Assembly: GCA_965204545.1 (NCBI GenBank)
Contig: CBDBFA010000002.1
Span: 174,487-238,486, forward strand
Direction: 5' to 3'
Length of the DNA: 64,000 bases
Source of the DNA: Opitutales bacterium
Lineage (GTDB): Bacteria > Verrucomicrobiota > Verrucomicrobiia > Opitutales > UBA2995
Position 1 is the first letter of the stretch; the number at the start of each line of letters is the position of its first letter. Positions 43,497 through 51,104 of the stretch are shown piece by piece. Below the pieces are notes generated by a model that was not told the DNA's origin, searched no databases, and saw only the letters and a list, made by a program, of their open reading frames with translations. Made by a program: the position numbers and the translations under genes.

Positions 43497-44704
43497 AAGT
43501 GAAATTCGGAAAAACGGCGCTGAAAATTCTGTTGCCCCTAATGTTCGTAGCCGTCGCGGCTTGTCTCATTGCGGTGTTGATCCTTTTAGGCAAGGACCCC
43601 GACACCAAGGAAAGGGCCAAGGTTCTTCCCCGGGTGGAAGTCCTTCGGGTCGAATCCCAGCCCATCTCCCTTTCGGTCAACTCCCAGGGAACCGTGCAAC
43701 CCAGGACCCGCACGCTCCTGACGGCGGAAGTTTCGGGTGTAGTCGAATACGTCTCGCCCAAGTTGTTTCCCGGCAATTTTTTCGATGAAGGGGACGTTTT
43801 GCTGAAAATCGATCCGACCCAATACGAGGCGGATCTGGCAAACGCCCACGGCCAGTTGGCCAATGCGCGGCTGGCCTATGCCCAGGAAACGGCTCTGGGG
43901 GAACAGGCCCGGCTGGATTGGGAGGAAATGGGAAAGGGGCCGGCCGGCGATCTGGTACTGCGCATTCCCCAACTGGAAAAAGCCGCCGCGGACCTGGAAT
44001 CGGCCAAGGCCGCCATCAAACTGGCCGAGCGCAATTTATCCAAGACTTCCGTACGGGCCCCCTACGCGGGAGGGGTTCAGGAAAAGTCGGTCGACGTCGG
44101 GCAAACCGTCAGCGCCCGCATGACGGAATTGGCCCGGATTTTCTCGGTCGATCTGGTGGAGGTCCGGCTGCCCGTTTCAGCCAAACAAGCCGGTTATCTG
44201 ACCCTGCCCGAGACCTACCGGAACGGATCCGTTTCGCAAGCCAAACCCAAAGTGGTCCTGTCCTCCCGCACGGGCCATCGCAATTGGTCCTGGGAGGGCT
44301 ACATCGACCGGACCGAAGGGGTGATCGATCCGTCCACCCGCCAGATATTTCTGGTGGCGATGGTGGAGGATCCCTACGGACGCATGATGGAAATGGACCG
44401 GCCTCCCCTCAAAATCGGACAATTTGTCGAGGCCGCCATTTCGGGCCGGCACCTCGGGAAGGGATTTATTATTCCGAGGGCGGCCCTGAAACCGGGGGAC
44501 GTGGTTTACGTCGTCTCGCCAGAGGACCGGCTCTTCATTACCCCGGTAACCGTGGCCCAGGCAGGGGTGGAAAAAGTGTATACCACGGAAGGCTTGAAAG
44601 ATGGCGACAGGATTTGCCTGACCCCGCTCAGCATCGTGGTCGATGGAATGGAAGTGATGGTGGAAAGCGAAGGCGAAGGCGAGGAGGAAAATAACAGCAT
44701 ATGA
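43493..44704 (+). CDS. RND efflux periplasmic adaptor (membrane fusion protein, HlyD family)
   Basis: 403 aa. N-terminal TM, coiled-coil segment (LANAHGQLANARLAYAQE...LESAKAAIKLAERNL), then VRAPYAGGV. Confidence 0.8.
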   Translation: MKVKFGKTALKILLPLMFVAVAACLIAVLILLGKDPDTKERAKVLPRVEVLRVESQPISLSVNSQGTVQPRTRTLLTAEVSGVVEYVSPKLFPGNFFDEGDVLLKIDPTQYEADLANAHGQLANARLAYAQETALGEQARLDWEEMGKGPAGDLVLRIPQLEKAAADLESAKAAIKLAERNLSKTSVRAPYAGGVQEKSVDVGQTVSARMTELARIFSVDLVEVRLPVSAKQAGYLTLPETYRNGSVSQAKPKVVLSSRTGHRNWSWEGYIDRTEGVIDPSTRQIFLVAMVEDPYGRMMEMDRPPLKIGQFVEAAISGRHLGKGFIIPRAALKPGDVVYVVSPEDRLFITPVTVAQAGVEKVYTTEGLKDGDRICLTPLSIVVDGMEVMVESEGEGEEENNSI

Positions 44705-47238
44705 TTGCCTGGTTTACCAGAAACGGGGTCGCGGCCAACCTCCTCATGCTGCTGTTGATAGTGGGGGGACTGGGCTCTCTGGTCGGCATCAAGAAGGAGC
44801 TGTTCCCCTTGTTCTCTCTCGATACCATAACCGTCCGCGTTCCCTATCTGGGCGCATCCCCGGAAGAGGTTGAAGAGGGGGTTATTTTCCGCATCGAAGA
44901 AGCCCTGCAAGGGTTGGATGGAATCGAGGAACTGCGATCCCAGGCAAAGGAAAATTCCGGCTCGGTATCCGTACTGGTGAGCAGGGGATACGATATCGGC
45001 GATGTAAAGGATGAGGTCAAAACCCGCATCGACGCCATCACCACGTTTCCCGAGGAAACGGAAAGACCCATCATCGAGGAGTTTCTGATCCAGCGCGACA
45101 TAGTCTGGATCGGAATCTACGGGGATGCCGATGAATTGGCTATGAAAGGGTTGGCCCAGAAAATCCGGGACGACCTGGTTCAACTGCCGGAAATCAGTCA
45201 GGCTTTTGTCCGGGGAGTTCGGAATTATGAAATCTCCATAGAGGTATCCGAAAACGCCTTGCGGCAATACGGACTCACCTTTGACGACGTGATGGAGGTG
45301 GTGAGGGGGAATTCCCTCGACCTCCCCGCCGGTCAGATCAGGGCCCGCGGCGGTGAGATTCTGCTGCGAACAAAGGAGCAGGCCTACCGGGGGGAAGAGT
45401 TTTCCGATCTCATACTGATCAGCCGGGTTGACGGCACCCAGATTCGCCTGGGGGACGTGGCCGAAATCGTGGACGGCTTCGAAGACGTGTCCGTAACTTC
45501 GGAATTCAACGGAAAACCGGCCTCCCTGGTATTGGTCAGGGAAGTGGGCCGCGAGAATCCTCTCAAGATTTCCGCCGCCGTTTCCCGCTATCTGGAGGAG
45601 GCGAGGAATACCTGGATTCCCCAAGGGATACAGGTGGAAAGCTGGGCTGATTCATCCTACTATCTGGAAGGCCGCTTGAACCTGCTCCTGGAAAACGGAG
45701 CCATCGGTTTCGGGCTGGTCCTGCTTTCCCTGTCCCTTTTTCTACGGCCCACCCTGGCCGTATTCGTGGCCGTAGGCATCCCGGTCAGTTTTCTCGGCAC
45801 CTTCCTCATCGGTCCGTTTTTCGGCCTCACCATCAACCTGATCTCCATGTTCGCCTTCATCCTCGTTCTGGGGATCGTGGTGGACGACGCCATCGTGGTG
45901 GGTGAAAGCGTATTTTCAGAGTATCAGGAAAACGGCCCGGGCGTGGAAAGCGCCATACGCGGAACTCATAAAGTGGCTACCCCGGTTACTTTTGCCGTGC
46001 TCACCACCATTGTGGCGTTTTGCCCGGTGTTTTTCTTCCCGGGGCTCATGGGAAAGTTCCTCTTCACCATTCCCCTCGTGGTCATACCCACCCTGGCCTT
46101 CTCCCTGGTGCAGAGCAAACTGGTCCTTCCTTACCACCTGTCCCTCTGCAAGGTAGGGGCGAAGAGGAACCGTTCCGAGCTCAATCCCTTTTCCCGGCTG
46201 CAACGGAAGATTTCCGACGGTCTGGAATGGCTCGTGATTCATATCTATCGACCGAATCTGAAAATTGCCCTGGAGTACCGGTACGCCACCTGGGCCGCCT
46301 TCCTCTCCATCCTGGCCATCTCCATCGGCTTGGTCGTCGGAGGATGGATACGGTTCGTGCAATTTCCCGACGTGCCCAGCGATTTCATTCAGTTGGAGTT
46401 GCAAATGCCGGAGGGAACCCCGGCCGAGGAAACGGCTCGGGCCATGCGAAGAATCGACGAGGCCCTGAATGAGATTTCCCAGGAAGCCCTGGACCGCGGG
46501 GAGCTCGATCCCGTGGCCCACAGGGGTTTGTTTGTCGGGTTTTTCACCATTACCGGCGGACCCAATCCGGAGAGTACTTCTTTCGGCAGCAATATCGGTT
46601 CCATGATCGTGGAACTGGCCAAGAGCGAGATACGGGACTCCAATTCCTTCGAGGTGGCTGAAGCATGGCGGGAAAAAGTGGGGGAACTGCCCGGCGCCCG
46701 CCGGTTGACCTTCACCGCCAGCGCGGGTGGACCGGTCGGCCTGCCCGTGGACATCCGCCTGACCGGTCCTGACTTTGTGCAACTCCAGGCCGCCGCCTTG
46801 GAAATCCAGGAACGACTTGCCGAATTCGAGGGCATTTACGACATCCGGAACACCTATTCCGAGGGCAAACACGAAATTAAGATCAAGTTGAAAGACAATG
46901 CCCACACCCTCGGGCTGAACGCCTCCGATCTGGCCCGGCAGGTTCGACGGGCCTTCTACGGCGGCGAGGCCCAGCGCATACAACGGGGCCAGGACGACGT
47001 GCGGGTAATGGTGCGCTATCCCAAGGCAGAGCGGGAATCCATTGGCAATCTGGAGAACATGTACATCCGCACCAAATCCGGTCGCGCCGTGCCCATTTCG
47101 GAGGTCGCCGACATCGCCTTCGGGATTGGTCACGCCGGCATCTCCCGCATCGACCGCCAGAGGTCCGTCAACGTTCAGGCCACTGCGGACAAGGACATCG
47201 CCAGTCCACCGAGATCAATAAGGCCATTTATCCGATGA
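44701..47238 (+). CDS. RND permease (AcrB/HAE family), N-terminal 845-aa ORF of a split gene
   Basis: MIAWFTRNGVAANLLMLLLIVGG...VVDDAIVVGE. The frame ends in the second periplasmic loop before TM8. See 47235-47984. Confidence 0.75.
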   Translation: MIAWFTRNGVAANLLMLLLIVGGLGSLVGIKKELFPLFSLDTITVRVPYLGASPEEVEEGVIFRIEEALQGLDGIEELRSQAKENSGSVSVLVSRGYDIGDVKDEVKTRIDAITTFPEETERPIIEEFLIQRDIVWIGIYGDADELAMKGLAQKIRDDLVQLPEISQAFVRGVRNYEISIEVSENALRQYGLTFDDVMEVVRGNSLDLPAGQIRARGGEILLRTKEQAYRGEEFSDLILISRVDGTQIRLGDVAEIVDGFEDVSVTSEFNGKPASLVLVREVGRENPLKISAAVSRYLEEARNTWIPQGIQVESWADSSYYLEGRLNLLLENGAIGFGLVLLSLSLFLRPTLAVFVAVGIPVSFLGTFLIGPFFGLTINLISMFAFILVLGIVVDDAIVVGESVFSEYQENGPGVESAIRGTHKVATPVTFAVLTTIVAFCPVFFFPGLMGKFLFTIPLVVIPTLAFSLVQSKLVLPYHLSLCKVGAKRNRSELNPFSRLQRKISDGLEWLVIHIYRPNLKIALEYRYATWAAFLSILAISIGLVVGGWIRFVQFPDVPSDFIQLELQMPEGTPAEETARAMRRIDEALNEISQEALDRGELDPVAHRGLFVGFFTITGGPNPESTSFGSNIGSMIVELAKSEIRDSNSFEVAEAWREKVGELPGARRLTFTASAGGPVGLPVDIRLTGPDFVQLQAAALEIQERLAEFEGIYDIRNTYSEGKHEIKIKLKDNAHTLGLNASDLARQVRRAFYGGEAQRIQRGQDDVRVMVRYPKAERESIGNLENMYIRTKSGRAVPISEVADIAFGIGHAGISRIDRQRSVNVQATADKDIASPPRSIRPFIR

Positions 47239-47984
47239 ACTCATACCAAAAAAGGATGTATCAACTGATGGGTCAGGAGGTTAAACCCTCCATGACCGAG
47301 GAGGTATTGGCCAAATACCCGGGGGTCGTCCCGGTCAAGAGCGGTGAAGCCAAGGACTGGGAAGAACTCCAACCCGTCCTCTACGCCGGGATGCTCTTCG
47401 TCATTATCGCCATCTACACGCTGCTGGCCATTCCCTTCAAGAGCTACGTCCAGCCCCTCGTGGTCATATCGGTGATCCCGTTCGGAATCGCCGGAGCGAT
47501 TCTGGGCCACATGGTCGATTTTCAGAATCTGGGCACCTTCCAGGATCTCAGCACCCTCTCATTCCTGGGTATCATCGCCCTTTCCGGGGTGGTGGTAAAC
47601 GACTCCCTCGTCCTCGTGCACTACATCAACAACCTGCGTTTGAAGGGGGTCCCCCTTAGGGAGGCCGTCATACGGGGAGGAATGGTCCGGTTTCGACCCA
47701 TCCTGCTCACCTCCGTCACTACCTTCGTCGGGGTGTTCCCCATCCTGCTGGAGAAAAGCATCCAGGCCAGGTTCCTCATCCCCATGGCCACCTCCCTCTC
47801 ATTCGGAGTTTTGTTCGCCACTTTCATCACCTTGCTGCTGGTCCCTTCCCTCTACCTCATTCTGGAAGATCTGGTCAGGATCACAAAACGCTTCGCCGGA
47901 TGGGTCTACCGACTCTACGCAGCAGACCCCGTCCCCGAGGCAGCCTCAGCAGGTCTTTCGATGACGCAAGGGAAAGATACCTAG
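47235..47984 (+). CDS. RND permease, C-terminal 249-aa ORF (TM8-TM12) of the split gene
   Basis: LAIPFKSYVQPLVVISVIPFGIAGAILGH...GVVVNDSLVLVHYIN...RFRPILLTSVTTF. Its ATG overlaps the upstream TGA (ATGA at 47235-47238). Its frame stays open and RND-like for about 10 codons upstream. Confidence 0.7.
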   Translation: MNSYQKRMYQLMGQEVKPSMTEEVLAKYPGVVPVKSGEAKDWEELQPVLYAGMLFVIIAIYTLLAIPFKSYVQPLVVISVIPFGIAGAILGHMVDFQNLGTFQDLSTLSFLGIIALSGVVVNDSLVLVHYINNLRLKGVPLREAVIRGGMVRFRPILLTSVTTFVGVFPILLEKSIQARFLIPMATSLSFGVLFATFITLLLVPSLYLILEDLVRITKRFAGWVYRLYAADPVPEAASAGLSMTQGKDT

Positions 47985-48014
47985 CTTCATGTCCTGTAAA
48001 TTTATTCACTCAAC

Positions 48015-48225
48015 CGGCGGATGATTTAGAGGATTGAATTGGCCTTTGAAAAATTTGAATTCTTGGAGGGCACCCTCCATTTACCAAACATCCTGTCCAT
48101 CCTGTTCATCCATGTTTCAATTGGAAGATGCCGCTTCGCTCGTTAACGATCAGGATCAAGATAGAGCCTTTGGCGCTTTTGCCCCTCTGTGTCCTCTGAG
48201 TCCTCTGTGGTGAATTATTTAAGGG
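48015..48225 (+). repeat. mosaic intergenic repeat Y
   Basis: Same ends as repeat X plus extra modules: CATCCTGTC x3, TTGGAAGATGCCGCTTCGCTCG, GATCAGGATCAAGAT, CTCTGTGNN x3. Confidence 0.7.
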
Positions 48226-48263
48226 ACATGACACTAAGTAAGCCCCCCGCAGGAACCTGACAA

Positions 48264-48360
48264 CTATTCCTCGTTGTCGTAGTAACCCGCCTTCTTCAGG
48301 TAACCAAGTTTCATGTCGGGCACAATGAGGGTCTTTCCCGTGTCCGGGTAGGTGACCACT
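48264..48360 (-). pseudogene. 3' fragment of an IS-disrupted cupin gene
   Basis: After removing the IS and one CACT copy, the cupin frame continues ...PVEV-VTYPDTGKTLIVPDMKLGYLKKAGYYDNEE-stop (31 open codons, TAG at 48264-48266). Confidence 0.65.
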
Positions 48361-48379
48361 TGTACTGCCCCCACTTAAT

Positions 48380-49174
48380 TCAAGATTCAATTAGAGAGTA
48401 TTTGTTACTGATTGATGGGTTAAAATGGTCCTCAAACTGTTGAGGTGTCCGGTGGTTTATTTCTGAGTGAGGAAAATCTTCATTATACTTTTCGATCCAA
48501 TTTTTGAGCGCCTGCAGGAGTTGCTCGAAGCTAAACCACTCATGGAGCCAGATCAGGTCCTCCTTGAGGGTGCGAAAAAACCTTTCGGTATCGGCATTGC
48601 CTTGGGGGTTGTTGTAGGAAGTAAAGATTTGGGCGATGCCCAGCACCCGACAGGCCGCCATAAAGTTTGCCGAGGTGGGTTGACAGCCGTTGTCGTTGAC
48701 CAACCTGACGGCGCCATGCTCGCGGATGCCTTCGCGAAACTGGCGCTGCACGGCCATTTCCAATGCATCGAGCCAGTCCCTGGTCTTGCTCGTGACCGAC
48801 AAGGACCAGCCTACGATCTTTTTACTGCCCCAGTCTTTAACCACCACCAGATACAGCCAGCCCCAGGACTCGACCTTGATTTTGGTCATGTCGATGCCCC
48901 ACAGCTCATTGGGCTTGTCCGTGGTTGGTTTGCTGCCCTTAGAGCAGCGTTTTGCCTTTAATTTGCGCACATTTTGCGCCAGTAACCGGTTTTCCTTCAG
49001 GATGCGGTAGATCCGGTTCTTGCCCACCGCCAGGCCCTTGCGGTATCGCAGATAGGCCCACACCCGACGATAGCCCCAGGCCGGGTGATCGGCTTTGATG
49101 GGCTCGATCAACTCAAGCAGTTGCTTGTCTCGCTCCATCACCGCTTGACTGCGTTTACGCCGCCTCATAGCCAC
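48380..49174 (-). CDS. IS3-family transposase OrfB (DDE/rve)
   Basis: Letter-identical to ORF 3-797. Confidence 0.9.
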   Translation of the reverse strand: MAMRRRKRSQAVMERDKQLLELIEPIKADHPAWGYRRVWAYLRYRKGLAVGKNRIYRILKENRLLAQNVRKLKAKRCSKGSKPTTDKPNELWGIDMTKIKVESWGWLYLVVVKDWGSKKIVGWSLSVTSKTRDWLDALEMAVQRQFREGIREHGAVRLVNDNGCQPTSANFMAACRVLGIAQIFTSYNNPQGNADTERFFRTLKEDLIWLHEWFSFEQLLQALKNWIEKYNEDFPHSEINHRTPQQFEDHFNPSISNKYSLIES

Positions 49175-49443
49175 TCGTCGTCGTTTTTTTTTAACTCTAC
49201 GGTCAGATCCCCAATGATGCCTTTGAGTTTCGAGATTTCCCTCCTTAAACGATCAGCTTCGCGGTCCGGACCTCCATAATTGAAAATCTTCGATCCGTCT
49301 TTGAGCAAACGATCTTTCCACTGGTAATACTGGGTCTGACTGATCTGATGGCGGTTGCATAACTCGCCTACCGTCACGTTTCCTTTCAGTCCTTGTATTA
49401 CGATTTGAAGCTTCTGTTGAGCCGTCCATTTACGTCTTTTCAT
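49165..49443 (-). CDS. IS3-family transposase OrfA (HTH)
   Basis: 92 aa. KRRKWTAQQKLQIVIQGLKGNVTVGELCNRHQISQTQYYQWKDRL plus a leucine-zipper-like tail. Confidence 0.9.
   Translation of the reverse strand: MKRRKWTAQQKLQIVIQGLKGNVTVGELCNRHQISQTQYYQWKDRLLKDGSKIFNYGGPDREADRLRREISKLKGIIGDLTVELKKNDDEWL
49184..49192 (-). promoter_or_regulatory. probable programmed -1 ribosomal frameshift site (A9) joining OrfA to OrfB
   Basis: Minus strand reads GAG TTA AAA AAA AAC. A -1 slip gives ...ELKKKRRRVAMRRRK in the OrfB frame. This is the standard IS3 arrangement. Confidence 0.7.
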
Positions 49444-49507
49444 TGTCGAGTAATCCTTGATTGATCACTCTCTTATTTCCATCATTTCCTTAAGTGGGGG
49501 CAGTATA

Positions 49508-49900
49508 CACTTCCACCGGGGTGTTGTCGGCAATTACATAAAATACAAGATCGCTTTCCCCGTCGTTCAAGACTTGGTGGGCCTGACCGGCGGCAAATTG
49601 GAAATGATCCCCAGCCCGGATAGCATGCCATTCGTCGTTCTCGTCTCTGAATTTCCCCGACCCGGAGAGAAAAATATAGTATTCCCACTGACAGGCATGG
49701 GAATGGTAAGGGAAGTTCTTTTTTCCCGGCGGTATACGGGTCAACTCGACATCGAAGGGCGGGCCCCCCTCCCAGGGTCCGGTCCAATAACTTTCATCCC
49801 CGCGCATCGCCATGGAAATGTGTTTGCGGGTCAACTCAAATGAACCCTTTGGGGATAGCCTGTGTTGAGCCATAACTTCAGTTTCGTTTATCTTATCCAT
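49508..49900 (-). pseudogene. 5' part of the IS-disrupted cupin gene
   Basis: MDKINETEV...FPYHSHACQWEYYIFLSGSGKF...IRAGDHFQFAAGQAHQV (cupin motifs 1 and 2). The track ORF runs 6 codons into the IS before stopping. Confidence 0.75.
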
Positions 49901-50227
49901 GAGAAGAAGGATTGGGAATCTCGGGGGAGAAGGAAGGTTTAATTTTGAATCAGGATGGTAAATGCACGGATGTCTTTGTGATAACCTATTACGAAACTGT
50001 AGGAGGGGGTATATCCCCCTATTCAGGCACCGCTGGCGCCAAGTGGAAGGTAGGGGCAAGCTAGCGCTTCGCCCAAGAGCTATGTCAGGACATGTTTGCC
50101 TACAGCAAGAGGTTCCTGAATTCTGGAAGCTCGAAAGTGGCTTCTTTATTCAGCCTTCCTCCTTCTGCCTTCTTCCTTTAAATGTTGTCTTGAACCTGTA
50201 AAATTAACGGCCGAATGTAATGACAGG

Positions 50228-50773
50228 ATGAACCTTCCGACTGTCCCAGAAGCTGAAACCCTTCTTCGCCAATACGTTCGGGATGGCTACCAACGGCGCC
50301 ACGCCGCGATGGTGGCCAGGGCCATGGAGGGCTATGCGGACCTCTTGGGCAAGAATGCCTCCCTGTGGTGGACCACCGGTTACTTGCACGACATCGACTT
50401 TGAACGACATCCGGATACTCACCCGGCCGAGTCACTCCGCTGGTTTGCCCAATGGGGTTTTCCGGAAGAACTGATCCATGCAGTGGAAGCACACGCCTAT
50501 GGATACAACGGATTCAGCACACTGCCTCGTAGCACACTTGCCGCCGGCCTCCTCTCCTGCGACGAAATCTGCGGGATCTTTTATGCTTACCAGAAGATGA
50601 ATCCCGTGCCTTACGGCCAAATGAAGGTGAAATCGATCCGCAAAAAAATCAAGGACAAGTCCTTCGCGGCCAAGGTTGACCGCTCGACCATCTACCTGGG
50701 TTGCGAGCACCTGGGAATTCAAATCAATGAACACATCCAAAACCTGATCCGCTTTTTGGGGAAACTACCGTAG
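50228..50773 (+). CDS. HD-domain metal-dependent phosphohydrolase
   Basis: 181 aa. RRHAAMVARAME...TTGYLHDIDFE...AVEAHAYG. Confidence 0.7.
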   Translation: MNLPTVPEAETLLRQYVRDGYQRRHAAMVARAMEGYADLLGKNASLWWTTGYLHDIDFERHPDTHPAESLRWFAQWGFPEELIHAVEAHAYGYNGFSTLPRSTLAAGLLSCDEICGIFYAYQKMNPVPYGQMKVKSIRKKIKDKSFAAKVDRSTIYLGCEHLGIQINEHIQNLIRFLGKLP

Positions 50774-51104
50774 CACTGGCTATCCCCTGATTTCCTCTCG
50801 CCAAGCTCGCAAAGAGGCGCAAAGTTTTTTCTAACAACGCTTCGCTTGATGCCTTCGGCAATAGGATGGAGCTACGCTCCAAAAGGAAATTCAATATAAC
50901 TTTCCTGTTCGCGAAGCGATCCTGTTCTGCTGAAAGCAGATCAAGCGAACATAGGGAGCGTTGTTTATATTAAATCCGTGCCCATCCGTGTAATCCGTGG
51001 TTCGTCCAAGAAAATTTTTTGTGTTTTTGGAAGATGCCGCAATCGCTCGAAAAGTGCCTATTGTGGTTCCCGCCCCTACCTCTGTGGTAAATCCGAAGGC
51101 GCCT

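Larger units (their letters stand above)
48361..49507 (-). mobile_element. IS3-family insertion sequence, complete copy 2
   Basis: Terminal inverted repeats TGTACTGCCCCCACTTAA (48361-) and TTAAGTGGGGGCAGTATA (-49507), 17/18 matching. Flanked by direct CACT at 48357-48360 and 49508-49511. orfA and orfB overlap at an A9 tract. Confidence 0.9.

Noticed and set aside
44506-47133. Long antisense ORFs (372 aa at 44506-45624 and 405 aa at 45916-47133) opposite the MFP/RND genes. Similar shadow ORFs occur elsewhere, for example 3187-3855, 15199-16089, 22482-23264, 25593-26276, 27109-28032, 58141-58962 and 60628-61371.
   Set aside because: They lie entirely inside, and opposite to, ORFs with clear family motifs. 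They have low-complexity Gly/Arg/Pro-rich composition typical of antisense frames and no recognisable motifs.
47184-47240. Programmed ribosomal frameshifting as the explanation for the split RND permease
   Set aside because: There is no slippery heptamer or downstream structure at the inferred shift point. An indel or sequencing error with incidental ATGA coupling is the simpler explanation.
48106-48390. The 94-aa ORF spanning the IS end and repeat Y
   Set aside because: It starts inside the IS terminal repeat, crosses the cupin 3' fragment in the wrong frame, and contains PQRTQRTQRG from the CTCTGTG stutter. It is an artefact.
1-49507. Reading the two IS3 copies plus the enclosed 47.5 kb as a composite transposon
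   Set aside because: Copy 2 has its own 4-bp direct repeat (CACT) and cleanly splits a cupin gene, which indicates an independent simple insertion. The enclosed genes look like ordinary chromosomal glycan-utilisation genes. The outer end of copy 1 is outside the window, so the idea cannot be fully excluded.
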